A DNA stretch of 64,000 nt from Sphingomonadales bacterium UBA1936 (GCA_002336985.1 DDFE01000151.1:38923-102922); one strand, 5' to 3'. Positions 1 through 10,015 are shown, counted from the first letter of the stretch. A program made the numbers and translations. Notes: a model not told the origin generated them from the sequence alone.

Positions 1-2
1 AC

Positions 3-590
3 AAGCCGAATTTGATAACCAGCCGCTATCACGCGCGCGCCGAGTTCAACGTCTTCGATACTGGGATGCCGGAATAACTCTGCGTCATACCCGCCGGATG
101 ACAGGAAGATGCGACGCTGCATCATCCCTATTCCCGACCAAAAGGTGCTTGCCTGTCTTGGCGAATGCTGATGGAAGTGGTGGTGCCGTAAATTTGCGTA
201 TAAGCTCGTGTACCTGAGAGATCGCGGGCGGTCGTCATAGGAACCGAACGCTGCAACGGCACCGGTCTTCGCAACTTCCGCCGCCAGCAAATCCAGCGCA
301 TCAGCAGCGATGATCACGTCGGCATCGACAAAGAGAAGCAGTTCGGAGGTCGCGACGATGGCGGCAGCGTTCCGTCCGTGGCCAGGCCCCTTGGGCGAGC
401 CGTCGTTCTTGAGTATCTTCACTGGGAATGCTGTCGCGATCGCGTGCGTTCGGTCAGTTGCGCCATCGTCAAAAACGATCACTTCGTCTCCCGGACGGAC
501 CTGCGCGCAGATGGCAGCGAGGCAATCGCCTATCGTTGCTTCGGCATTGAACGCGGGAATAATGACCGCGACACTGGATCTCCGGCTCAT
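3..590 (-). CDS. Glycosyltransferase family 2 (runs off the left edge of the window)
   Basis: Translated by hand, not in the ORF track: MSRRSSVAVIIPAFNAEATIGDCL...EVIVFDDGATD...GPGHGRNAA...LLLFVDADV. These are the GT2 N-terminal motifs and DxD. It starts 2 nt after the stop of the upstream gene. Confidence 0.85.
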   Translation of the reverse strand, partial: MSRRSSVAVIIPAFNAEATIGDCLAAICAQVRPGDEVIVFDDGATDRTHAIATAFPVKILKNDGSPKGPGHGRNAAAIVATSELLLFVDADVIIAADALDLLAAEVAKTGAVAAFGSYDDRPRSLRYTSLYANLRHHHFHQHSPRQASTFWSGIGMMQRRIFLSSGGYDAELFRHPSIEDVELGARVIAAGYQIRL

Positions 591-592
591 AT

Positions 593-3007
593 TCAACTTA
601 CCTTCGACCGTGATCTCGTGTGATCAGGGGCAGCTTCAACGTCTTCGTGGTACTCCTTTTCGACGTTTACGCTCCACAGGTCGTTGTTTGCGCCAAGGAC
701 ATTTTTGACCGCCAACATCGCGGTAAGCATGGAATGATCCTGGTTATTGTAGCGATGCATGCCGTTTCGTCCCACGACCTGCAAGTTTTTGAAGGCCGCC
801 AGCCAGCCTCGGATCATATCAAGCGATTCTCGATACTCGCCGTCGTAGACCGGATAGGCCTTGGGCTGCCGTATGACAGTTCCATCGACAACCGCGGTCG
901 CTTTGGCGAGACCGAGCGTTTCCAGTTCGGATGCCGCCTGCCTAATCAGCGCAGCATCGTCCGAGGTCCAGAGCGCATCCCCGTATTGACAGAAATATTC
1001 CATCCCGATGCTGGAACGGGTCTCGTCGGGAACCATGTGCTCAGACCAGGATCTGAAATTTTGGATCCTTCCGACTTGAACGTCGGGACTATGAATATAG
1101 ATCCAGTTGTCGGGGAACAGATCACGGCCTTCGAGTATCAGGGTCACGATGAGGAAATCGCGGTATTTCAGTTTCTTCGCCGCAAGTATTATGGGTTCCG
1201 GGGCTGGTGGTTTCATCGCCAGCACAAGGTCCGATATGGGCATCGAGGAAATAAACTCGTCAGCCTCGAAATTGCTGGTTTCATCAGCATCAATCGCATG
1301 CACTCCCAACGAGGTGACGCAATCATCATTGTGAAAAACCGATTTCACGACTGATTTTGTGCGAACCTCGCCTCCGTTCTCACGAATGCTGTCTCGAAAG
1401 GCTTCCCACATCATGCCGGGTCCGAGCCGCGGATAGTCAAACTCCTCGATAAGGCTGGACGTATCGTTCGCGCCTGTCAGCGCATTCCAGATCGCTTTGC
1501 GCAATGATAGGTTCTTAATACGCTGGGCGGCCCAATCGGCCTGAAGTTCGGTACAGGGCATTCCCCAAACCTTTTCCGTGTAGCTTTTGAAAAAATGCAG
1601 GAATAATCTTCCGCCAAAGCGGTTTGTTATCCATTGCTCAAAATTGTCTTCCGACGTGTGTGGTTTGAAGTGCCATTTGGCATAGCTCAGAATGATACGG
1701 AATGACTCGTATATTCCCATGTTGAACAACGCATTGAAGATCTTGAGAGGGTATGCGTAATATTTACCGCGATAGTAGATCCGGCTCAATCTTGGCCGTT
1801 TCAAAAATTCTTCGGGTAGCACTTCGCGCCACAACTGCTCGACCGACGATACTTTCGTAAAGAAGCGGTGTCCCCCGATGTCGAACCTGTAGTCTTTGTA
1901 CACTTCTGTCCGAGCAATCCCACCGACCTGGTTGGATTCTTCGAATACGACGACATGGTGCTTGTCGCTGTGCTTGATAAATTCATAGGCGGCGGTCAGT
2001 CCGGCCGGCCCGCCGCCGATAATCCCCACAAGCGACTTTCCCTCGGACATGACCGGACGCTTGGTGATGTTTTCGGATTGTTGTCTGCGGTACCATTCTA
2101 TTGTCAGGTCGAGGCCGTCGGAGAGGGACGTTGATGGCGACCAGCCGATGGCTTCTATTGCCCTCGTTATATTGGGACGACGGACGCGCGCGTCTCCCTG
2201 TATGTCGTCTTTGTAGACGATCCTGGACGTCGACCCAGTCTTTCTAATAATTAGGTTTGCCAAATCCCTCATCGAGATTTCGTCGGGGTTCCCCAGGTTT
2301 ATCGGAGAGCCATCCGCCGCCGGTACACGCATGAGTGCGATCAGCGCGTCAACCATTTCGGATATGTAACAAAATGAGCGCGTCTGGGTGCCAGCGCCGA
2401 AAATCTGAATCTCGTCGCCATTCAGCGACTGAACGACGAACTGCGAAATGACCCGTCCATCATCCGGGCGCATGCGAGGGCCATAGGTATTAAATATTCG
2501 TGCAATGACGACGCTGACGCCGTGCTGACGGGCGTAATCGCGACACAAGGTTTCAGCGACGCGTTTCCCTTCGTCATTGCAAGCGCGCGGTCCAACACAG
2601 TTTACGGCGCCGACATAATCCTCTGTTTGCGGGTGAACATCCGGGTCCCCGTACACGTCGCTTGCCGAAGCGTGAATGAGCTTGACGCCATTGGCACGAC
2701 AGTGCTCGAGCACATTCAGCGTCCCAAGAAAATTTGTCCTCAATATACCGATCGGGTCGTGTTGGTAATGTCTCGGTGAAGCGGGGCACGCCAGATTGAA
2801 GACCCAGTCAAGGTCGAAATCAGGCAGCGGATCTCTTATGTCGCCGTTGATGAAAGTGAACCTGTCTGACTCAGAAGCATCACGCAAATTGCGAGAGGTA
2901 CCAGTTTCCAGATTGTCCAGGCACCACACCGCGTGCCCCTCAGCGAGAAGCTTCTCGCACAGATGCGACCCAATGAATCCAGCCCCACCGGTCACCAAAA
3001 TTTTCAT
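593..3007 (-). CDS. Fusion of a UDP-glucuronate decarboxylase (UXS)-like SDR domain (aa 1-~310) and an FAD-dependent oxidoreductase of the protoporphyrinogen oxidase/UDP-galactopyranose mutase-like family found in polysaccharide loci
   Basis: N-terminal half: TGGAGFIG, NLACPASP, RIFNTYGP, QTRSFCY. C-terminal half: second Rossmann motif GGGPAG, FDIGGHRFFTK, GRNGMHRYNNQDHSM. There is an internal Met at 2050. Confidence 0.85.
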   Translation of the reverse strand: MKILVTGGAGFIGSHLCEKLLAEGHAVWCLDNLETGTSRNLRDASESDRFTFINGDIRDPLPDFDLDWVFNLACPASPRHYQHDPIGILRTNFLGTLNVLEHCRANGVKLIHASASDVYGDPDVHPQTEDYVGAVNCVGPRACNDEGKRVAETLCRDYARQHGVSVVIARIFNTYGPRMRPDDGRVISQFVVQSLNGDEIQIFGAGTQTRSFCYISEMVDALIALMRVPAADGSPINLGNPDEISMRDLANLIIRKTGSTSRIVYKDDIQGDARVRRPNITRAIEAIGWSPSTSLSDGLDLTIEWYRRQQSENITKRPVMSEGKSLVGIIGGGPAGLTAAYEFIKHSDKHHVVVFEESNQVGGIARTEVYKDYRFDIGGHRFFTKVSSVEQLWREVLPEEFLKRPRLSRIYYRGKYYAYPLKIFNALFNMGIYESFRIILSYAKWHFKPHTSEDNFEQWITNRFGGRLFLHFFKSYTEKVWGMPCTELQADWAAQRIKNLSLRKAIWNALTGANDTSSLIEEFDYPRLGPGMMWEAFRDSIRENGGEVRTKSVVKSVFHNDDCVTSLGVHAIDADETSNFEADEFISSMPISDLVLAMKPPAPEPIILAAKKLKYRDFLIVTLILEGRDLFPDNWIYIHSPDVQVGRIQNFRSWSEHMVPDETRSSIGMEYFCQYGDALWTSDDAALIRQAASELETLGLAKATAVVDGTVIRQPKAYPVYDGEYRESLDMIRGWLAAFKNLQVVGRNGMHRYNNQDHSMLTAMLAVKNVLGANNDLWSVNVEKEYHEDVEAAPDHTRSRSKVS

Positions 3008-3252
3008 TGCTTGCCCCCAAGCTGATTCTCAAGATCGAATAAGCACCGATACACTAGCGGCAGCGGTCCTAATTTACATTTAAACGATGGTTATGCGGAT
3101 TGGTTTGGCGAAGCAAGCAGACGAAATGACTGGGAAATTTCGCGCCTGCCCCCAAACGAGACCCTAGATTGGCGCACCCGAAAAGCTAATAGCCTGCCAG
3201 CGAAAACGTAAAGGCGGGTGGCCAAACATAAGGCGTTCCCCGGCCCGCAAGG

Positions 3253-3489
3253 CTAGCCGACCGACGGGTCGCTTCCTGTCGGCTGTGCAGGCGTCGTGTT
3301 CGCGTTGCCACCGTAAGTTTTGATGTAGTATTTCCGTTCCATAGCAGTCGCACGCTGCCAGCCATCAAAATAATCGCGAATAAAAAAAACTCTGCAACGT
3401 CGGCATGTCGTGAACAAAGTCGATTCACCTCTGCTCCTGCGTGGACGCTTGGGTTTATGACCAAAAATCCAGCACCAAAGATGACCCAT
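3253..3489 (-). CDS. Small hypothetical protein with C-x2-FGH...CxxC motif (DUF1660-like, possible Zn ligand set)
   Basis: MGHLWCWIFGHKP...TTCRRC, 78 aa, purine-rich region upstream of the ATG. Confidence 0.45.
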   Translation of the reverse strand: MGHLWCWIFGHKPKRPRRSRGESTLFTTCRRCRVFFIRDYFDGWQRATAMERKYYIKTYGGNANTTPAQPTGSDPSVG

Positions 3490-3669
3490 GAAATTGCCCT
3501 TAGTTCCGGCGCGACGATCTCTGCACCATTGGAGACGCATTTCAAACGGGAAATCAGCGGCACGACCGGCCGAAATGTTCCGCTATTGGACGCTATGAGC
3601 GGTTCAACCAAGCAGAAGACCAAATACGAAACCTGTTCTGAGCTTGGAATCCTCTCGATAATGGTGCGC

Positions 3670-3683
3670 GGTGCGGTCGAGAA
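3670..3683 (-). mobile_element. Candidate att site: TTCTCGACCGCACC, matching the 3' end of an alphaproteobacterial tRNA-Leu
   Basis: The minus strand reads TTCTCGACCGCACC(G)CGCACCA. From memory, the tRNA-Leu(GAG) 3' end is ...GTTCGAGTCTTCTCGACCGCACCA. The site lies at the junction between the polysaccharide genes and the cargo genes. Confidence 0.4.
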
Positions 3684-4043
3684 AACCGCCCATCACTTTG
3701 CCTCTCCTAACTGCCCAAGCAACGCTACAATCTCGACCTCGGATTTCCGAAAAGCTTGAGCGGCCAAGGCCAGAGATGCCGGAACCTCGGGAGAGCGCGA
3801 GCGATCCTAGTCCAGCAGGAATCTCCTTGCAAAGTGCTGAGCTTTCGAATGCGCATTCTAGCAATACGATTGATGCGCGGAGACGTGAAATCGAGCTACC
3901 GGTCATCCCAGTTGTTACCGTCGTACGAAACAATCTGCACGCTGCGCCTGATCGAGGTTTCATCATTCGCCGGCCGTCTTGATGTACCATCGGCGACCCT
4001 ACCATTGTGCTTTCACCGCGACCGCCGCTAGACTCGGCAGGCC

Positions 4044-4961
4044 ATGCGCGACCTGCCGGATCACTTGCCGCAACAAACCCAGCGCGAACTCGCGCATGTT
4101 GTGCGCGTGCTGTTCGAGGAGTTCGAAGCAGGGACCAAACCCGGCACGCAGAAGTGGAACAAGCAAGGCAGAATCCTCAAACTTGTGCTCTACGGCAGCT
4201 ATGCGCGTGGCGACTGGGTAACCGATCCGATCGGCGGCTATCAATCAGACTATGATATCCTTGTCGTTGTAAACGACGAGCGGTTGACCGATTTCGTCGA
4301 TTACTGGTCGCCCGCCGAGGATCGGCTGATGCGCGACTTGACGATCAACAAGGCAGTATCTGCGCCCGTCAATCTGATCGTGCACAGCCTGACCGATGTG
4401 AATCAACAGCTAGAACGTGGGCGCCCGTTCTTCGTAGATATCGCTTCGCAGGGCATCGCGCTTTACGAAGCTGAGGGGTTCAATTTCGCCGCGCCGCGTC
4501 GGCTTCCCCCCGACGAGGCGCGGGCGGAGGCACAGAAGCATTTTGAGAAATGGTCTGGTAGCTCCGCTGCATTTCTGCGAGGCGCTCGCCATGCAATTGA
4601 TGATGGCGACAACAACAAGGCCGCCTTCGACTTTCACCAAACGGTCGAGCATCTTTACCATTGCGTGCTGCTCGTCTTCACCTTGTACAGCCCGAAGTCG
4701 CACAAACTCAATTTCCTGCGGTCGCACTGCGAAGACATCGTCCCATCGCTCAAAGTTGCGTGGCCACGCGACGGCAAGTTCGAGCGCCGCTGCTTCGAGC
4801 TCTTGCGCCTTGCCTATGTGAACGCCCGCTACTCAGATCATTACGTGATCACCGAAGAGCAGCTCGCTTGGCTCGCCAAACATGTCGCGGGTTTGCAAGC
4901 GCTGGTCGAAGCGGTCTGCGCCGAACGCTTTCAGTCAGGTGCTGACGCCGCGGAAAGCTGA
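4044..4961 (+). CDS. Nucleotidyltransferase (MNT)-HEPN domain fusion protein
   Basis: Pol-beta NTase motif LYGSYARGDW...SDYDILVVV. C-terminal HEPN features AAFDFHQTVE, KSHKL and AYVNARY. Confidence 0.9.
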   Translation: MRDLPDHLPQQTQRELAHVVRVLFEEFEAGTKPGTQKWNKQGRILKLVLYGSYARGDWVTDPIGGYQSDYDILVVVNDERLTDFVDYWSPAEDRLMRDLTINKAVSAPVNLIVHSLTDVNQQLERGRPFFVDIASQGIALYEAEGFNFAAPRRLPPDEARAEAQKHFEKWSGSSAAFLRGARHAIDDGDNNKAAFDFHQTVEHLYHCVLLVFTLYSPKSHKLNFLRSHCEDIVPSLKVAWPRDGKFERRCFELLRLAYVNARYSDHYVITEEQLAWLAKHVAGLQALVEAVCAERFQSGADAAES

Positions 4962-5239
4962 CGTTTCCGCGAGTCTGATTCCGTCACATCCTGTTGCTCG
5001 CCGTTGAGCGAAGGCCCACCCTATGTTCTCTATCAGTAAGACGATGGATTGTGCGACAGACGCTATGATGAGCGCGTGTACGTGGCTGTTCCCGCGCCCA
5101 CGACCGGCAGCGCTTCACAAACTGTCCTGATCGAAATGCGGTTTTCGCAATAAAATGCCAACGCGCGTGCGAATATGGCAATTCCTGTTCCGGCTCTGTC
5201 ATAACTTGCCCGCTGGGTCTATCTCGTTCGAGGTGAATT

Positions 5240-6445
5240 ATGGCGACATCAACCAAGATCGATCGGACGGCAGCCCGTCTGACGGCCAAGCCGATAAAGG
5301 CGCCTGCTGCCACGAACACGCGCTTGATCGCGATCGACGCGCTGCGCGGGCTCGTGATGGTGTTCATGCTCGTCGATCATGTGAGGGAGACCTGGTTCCT
5401 GCACATGCAGGTGTCCGATCCAGTCGACGCCAACACATCGGACCCGGCGCTGTTCTTCACCCGGTTCGTCTCGATCTTTTGCGCGCCCGTATTCGTCGCC
5501 CTGACGGGGCTTTCCGCGTGGCTCTACGGCCAGTCGCATACCAAGACGGAAGTTTCATCCTTCCTTTTCAAGCGTGGCCTGTTCCTGATTTTCCTCGAGT
5601 TGACCTTCGTAGGCTTCGCCTGGACAGCCAAATTCCCGCCGACCACGTTCTGGCTTCAGGTGATCTGGGCGATCGGTATTTGTATGGTGGCATTATCGGC
5701 GCTGATCCACCTGCCCCGTCCAGCCCTGTTCGCCATCGGCCTGATCATCGTGTTCGGTCACAATCTTCTCGACGGCATCGTCATGACCGAAGGCGAACCC
5801 CTTTTTCCGCTGTGGGCGATCCTCCACCAACGCTCGATCATCCATCTGGGCGGCGGCATGATCGCAAAGACAACCTATCCGATCCTGCCGTGGATCGGCG
5901 TCATCGTGCTGGGCTATGTCGCCGGTCCCTGGTTCGCCCGCGGTTCGGATCCTGCGCCGCGTATTCGACGGCTGGCGACCCTCGGCGCGGGACTTGCGCT
6001 CGCCTTCGTTCTACTGCGCTTCGCGAACATCTATGGCGACAAGCCCTGGTTCCATGCCGAAACGCCGCTCCGCACGGTGATGAGCTTTGTTGCACTCACC
6101 AAATACCCACCGTCACTGCTGTTCCTTCTGCCAACTATCGGGTTCGGCGCGCTGATGCTGGCGTTGTTCGAGAAATTCGAGAATAGCCGGGCGATGCCCG
6201 TGCTCGCCGTGCTGGGCGGCGCACCCATGTTCTACTATCTGCTGCACCTCTACGTACTGAAAGCGCTCTACCTGATCGCGCTTGCAATCTACGGTCCGAC
6301 AAAGGGTACCGTGTACGGAGTCGACAACGTCTCCACGATCTGGATCTGGGTCGCGATTTTGATCGTGCCGCTCTACTTGCCGACGCGCTGGTTCGCCGGA
6401 CTGAAGCAGAGGCGCAAGGACATCTGGTGGCTTAAATATCTATAG
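5240..6445 (+). CDS. DUF1624 multi-pass membrane protein (HGSNAT/YeiB-like acyltransferase fold)
   Basis: RLIAIDALRGLVMVFMLVDH, FCAPVFVALTGLS, YPILPWIG, TKYPPSL; multiple hydrophobic segments. Confidence 0.85.
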   Translation: MATSTKIDRTAARLTAKPIKAPAATNTRLIAIDALRGLVMVFMLVDHVRETWFLHMQVSDPVDANTSDPALFFTRFVSIFCAPVFVALTGLSAWLYGQSHTKTEVSSFLFKRGLFLIFLELTFVGFAWTAKFPPTTFWLQVIWAIGICMVALSALIHLPRPALFAIGLIIVFGHNLLDGIVMTEGEPLFPLWAILHQRSIIHLGGGMIAKTTYPILPWIGVIVLGYVAGPWFARGSDPAPRIRRLATLGAGLALAFVLLRFANIYGDKPWFHAETPLRTVMSFVALTKYPPSLLFLLPTIGFGALMLALFEKFENSRAMPVLAVLGGAPMFYYLLHLYVLKALYLIALAIYGPTKGTVYGVDNVSTIWIWVAILIVPLYLPTRWFAGLKQRRKDIWWLKYL

Positions 6446-6734
6446 GAGCCAGGAAGGTTCACGACCGGTCCCGACCGATCGATAGTTCCGGCATATTACA
6501 CGCGAATGACGATTCCATTCACAACATTACGCTGCCGTAACCCGGTTCTTCGATGAAAGATTCTCAAGGGAGCGCATAGGCTCCCAACTGCATAACAAGG
6601 CGCACCGACACAAACGCGCCGCATAAAAAATACTGCAGGACATCGACGCGTTCGACTTGGTCGCTCGCGACTGGAAAAGTGCGTCGATGAAAAGGAACAA
6701 AAGAAAAAGCTCTTGCTCCAAGGGGACCTTAATC

Positions 6735-8933
6735 ATGAAGCGCAGTTCCGCATTCGCTAAAACTCTCGCCGTTGGCGCATCAGTGCTTGCAACCGTTTCG
6801 GCAACCTCGGCATCGGCACAAAGTGCCGCCGACACCCGCACGGATGGCAACGACGGCAGTATCGTCGTCACGGCGCAGCGACAGGCCTATGTCGGCGACA
6901 TTCCCTTGAAGGATGTCCCGCAAAACGTGCAGTCTCTGAGCGGCAGTGTGCTGAAGGAAATCGGCATCACGCGGCTCGAGGGTGCGCTCGACCTTGTCAG
7001 CGGCATTTCGCATCAAAACAATTATGGCGGTCTCTGGGACGCCTATTCCGTGCGCGGGTTTGCGGGTGATTCGAACAACGTGCCCTCCGGACTGCTGGTA
7101 AACGGCTTTGCAACGCGCGGATTTTCGGGTCCTCGCGATGCTTCCAGTGTCGAACGCATTGATGTTTTGAAGGGCCCGACCTCTGCGCTGTTCGGCCGCG
7201 GCGAACCCGGGGGCACGGTGAACATCGTCACCAGGAAACCCGAGTTCGTAACGAAGGGCTCGCTCCAGCTTCAGGGCGGCAGCTACAACAACTATCGGGT
7301 CGATGCCGATTTCACCACGCCGCTATCCGACAGCTTCGCAGTAAGAATTAACGGCGCCTACGAAGACGCTGAGAGCTTCCGCGACATAATACACACCAAG
7401 AAGGTTTTCATCACCCCGTCGGCACTTTGGAAGATTGGCGACAAGACCAGCATTTCCTACGAACTCGAATTCTCGTCGATGAAAGTGCCGTTTGATCGCG
7501 GAATTCCCATCTACAACAACGATTTTACCCGGCTGCCTCCGTCACGGTATTTGGGCGAGCCGGGCGATCCGCCGATCGAACTCGACACATTGGGTCATCA
7601 GGTCCAGTTGCAGCATGATTTCAACGACAACTGGTCTCTCTTGGTCGGCGGCGCATTTCGCACGACTCACCTTGTCGGTTTCCAGGAAGTCGCCGAACTG
7701 GTCGCCTCCAGACAGCCCTTCCTCGTCGGCCCGACCGCAGGAACGATCCTGTCCCGCCAGCGCCGCTACACGGACGCCAAGACGGAGAATGCGATCGGCC
7801 GCGCAGAAATCACGGGGCATTTCGACGTAGGTGGCCTCGCCAACACACTCGTTGTTGGCGCCGACTACGACTATTTCCGGTTCACCAACTTCCAAACGCG
7901 CTTCCGTCCGGCGGCAGGCGCGGCCACAGCCGATTTTACCAATCCCGCCGTTCGCGCCGCTTACAACGCGATCAATGTCTTGAATCCGACCTATGGCGCA
8001 TATGCTCTGCCTGACGCGTCGACCAGTTTCGTCTATAACCGGCTGGAAAAGGATTATGCCTGGGGCACCTATTTCTACGACCAGATCGACCTGGCTCCAT
8101 GGCTGAAGATCCGCGCGGGCGGCCGCTACGATGAATTTCGCCAGCATTACACGACGTATACGGTGGCAGGTGTAGAGAACCCGACCGTCTTTCAGAATGT
8201 GAGCCGCTTTAGTCCGCAGGGCGGCGTCGTCATCCAGCCGACCGAAAGCGTCTCAATTTACGGAAGCTATGGACAAGGCTTCCGCCCCAACAATGGCGCG
8301 GACGTCCGGAACAATACTTTTCAGCCGGAAACGTCTGAATCCTACGAAGTCGGCGTAAAGTACCAGCATAGGGGCATAACCGCCTCTGTTGCGGTCTATA
8401 CGATGTCGAAGACCAACATCCTGACAGCCGACCCGGCCAATGCTGGATTCGTCATCGCCGTCGGTGGCGCCCGGTCGAAAGGCGTCGAGTTCGATATCAA
8501 TGCCAAGCTGCCCTATGGTTTCAACCTTATAGCGTCGTATGCCTATACCGACGCCTATTGGACCGCGAACTTTAGCGATCCCGATTTCGCCAAGCCGATT
8601 CTCGCCGGCGATCCGTTGATCGGGGTATCCAAGAACAGCGGAAACATTCTTCTGATCAAGAACTTCGATCTCGGCGGCAATCGAAAAGCGAGCATCGGCG
8701 GCGGCGTTCAGTTCATCGACGAGCGTCTCGGGGAGACGGCCTCGAACTATTTCCTGCCGTCCGCGACGCTCACCCGAATTGTGGGTTCGTTCGATGTTAC
8801 CGACAGGATCACCGTCAGCGGCAACATCGATAACGTTTTTGACGTGCGTTGGTTCGCAAACAGCTACTCGGCGCTCTGGACATTCCCGGGATCGCCGCGC
8901 AGTTTCTCGGTTCGCGCAAGCTACAAGTTCTGA
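6735..8933 (+). CDS. TonB-dependent siderophore-type receptor
   Basis: Signal peptide, TonB box SIVVTAQ, plug motif ERIDVLKGPTSALFGRGEPGGTVN, C-terminal aromatic YKF. Start moved to the ATG after AGGGG. Confidence 0.93.
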   Translation: MKRSSAFAKTLAVGASVLATVSATSASAQSAADTRTDGNDGSIVVTAQRQAYVGDIPLKDVPQNVQSLSGSVLKEIGITRLEGALDLVSGISHQNNYGGLWDAYSVRGFAGDSNNVPSGLLVNGFATRGFSGPRDASSVERIDVLKGPTSALFGRGEPGGTVNIVTRKPEFVTKGSLQLQGGSYNNYRVDADFTTPLSDSFAVRINGAYEDAESFRDIIHTKKVFITPSALWKIGDKTSISYELEFSSMKVPFDRGIPIYNNDFTRLPPSRYLGEPGDPPIELDTLGHQVQLQHDFNDNWSLLVGGAFRTTHLVGFQEVAELVASRQPFLVGPTAGTILSRQRRYTDAKTENAIGRAEITGHFDVGGLANTLVVGADYDYFRFTNFQTRFRPAAGAATADFTNPAVRAAYNAINVLNPTYGAYALPDASTSFVYNRLEKDYAWGTYFYDQIDLAPWLKIRAGGRYDEFRQHYTTYTVAGVENPTVFQNVSRFSPQGGVVIQPTESVSIYGSYGQGFRPNNGADVRNNTFQPETSESYEVGVKYQHRGITASVAVYTMSKTNILTADPANAGFVIAVGGARSKGVEFDINAKLPYGFNLIASYAYTDAYWTANFSDPDFAKPILAGDPLIGVSKNSGNILLIKNFDLGGNRKASIGGGVQFIDERLGETASNYFLPSATLTRIVGSFDVTDRITVSGNIDNVFDVRWFANSYSALWTFPGSPRSFSVRASYKF

Positions 8934-8977
8934 CACGGTCTTCGAGGCTCCCGATCTTCTCGAGGACAATGTCATTG

Positions 8978-9010
8978 GGCGCGGGGACTTTTGTCCCCGC
9001 GCCTTTTTTT
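8978..9010 (+). terminator. Rho-independent terminator after the TonB receptor
   Basis: GGCGCGGGGAC-TTTT-GTCCCCGCGCC, a perfect 11-bp stem followed by T7. Confidence 0.85.
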
Positions 9011-9024
9011 GATGGAGTGCGGCG

Positions 9025-9951
9025 ATGAGTTTCCTGTTTCTCGGCGACCCGGCCCGTTCGGCCAAGATGCGTGCCGTGTTCGCTGCCGAAGCGCCCGACA
9101 TCCCCTTCTTCGACCGCGAGTGTCCAGGCGATCCGGCAAGGATACGCTATCTTGCTACATGGGTACCGCCGCGCGACCTCGCAGAACGCTACCCTGCCGT
9201 CGAGCTCGTCTTCTCCACCGGTGCCGGGGTCGACCAGTTCGACCTGTCGGCGCTCCCGGCTTCTGTAGGTGTCGTGCGACTTATCGAGCGCAGCCTTATC
9301 GAGGGAATGGTGGACTATGTTGCCGCGGCCGTCCTGTCGCTGCACCGCGACTTCTTTGCCTATGCGCGGCAGCAACGCGCGGGGCATTGGACCGAGCTGC
9401 CCGTGCGGCAGGCTGCCGATCGCCGCGTTTCGGTTCTCGGTGCCGGCGAACTGGGCCGCGCGGTGCTCGCAGCTCTCGGTCCGTTCGGATTTCCGCTCTC
9501 TGCCTGGAGTCGGTCACCCCGCGCCTTGGCAGGTGTCACGCATTACGCGGGGAACGATGGCCTGGGATCGATGCTCGAGAACACCGACATTCTCATCTGC
9601 CTGCTTCCGCTGACGCCCGAAACCACCGGCATCTTGTGCCGGGATGTCTTCGATCGCCTGCCACGCGGCGCGTCGCTCATCAATGTCGGCCGCGGTCAGC
9701 ACCTGGTGGAGCAGGATCTGCTGTTTGCGCTCGGCGAAGGCCAGATTTCGCAAGCAATTCTCGACGTGTTTGCAGCCGAACCACTGCCGCCCGAGCATTG
9801 CTTCTGGAGCCATCCGAACATTCTGGTCACGCCGCATATCGCCAGCGTCACCCATCCGGCACGGGCTGCGAGCGTCATGATCGCAAACATCCGCCGGCAC
9901 TGCAGGGGCGAGGCTATCGACGGTTTGGTCAGGCGTGCCGAAGGCTATTGA
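9025..9951 (+). CDS. ghrA: Glyoxylate/hydroxypyruvate reductase A-like D-2-hydroxyacid dehydrogenase
   Basis: STGAGVD, VLGAGELG, LLPLTPET, INVGRG, LDVFAAEPLP, TPHIAS. Confidence 0.85.
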   Translation: MSFLFLGDPARSAKMRAVFAAEAPDIPFFDRECPGDPARIRYLATWVPPRDLAERYPAVELVFSTGAGVDQFDLSALPASVGVVRLIERSLIEGMVDYVAAAVLSLHRDFFAYARQQRAGHWTELPVRQAADRRVSVLGAGELGRAVLAALGPFGFPLSAWSRSPRALAGVTHYAGNDGLGSMLENTDILICLLPLTPETTGILCRDVFDRLPRGASLINVGRGQHLVEQDLLFALGEGQISQAILDVFAAEPLPPEHCFWSHPNILVTPHIASVTHPARAASVMIANIRRHCRGEAIDGLVRRAEGY

Positions 9952-10015
9952 TCATAGGAGCACAAAATGCTGCGATGGTGCGAGAGGTGCCTTTCGGAGC
10001 CTGATCGGACCCCGG

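Noticed and set aside
3662-3760. Complete tRNA gene
   Set aside because: Only a 14-nt 3' end match; no T-loop or cloverleaf.
6537-6562. Possible fourth SigF promoter (GTAACC) upstream of the TonB receptor
   Set aside because: No CGAA at the 16-bp spacing.
6446-6734. Fur/Zur box upstream of the TonB receptor
   Set aside because: No convincing palindrome found by eye.
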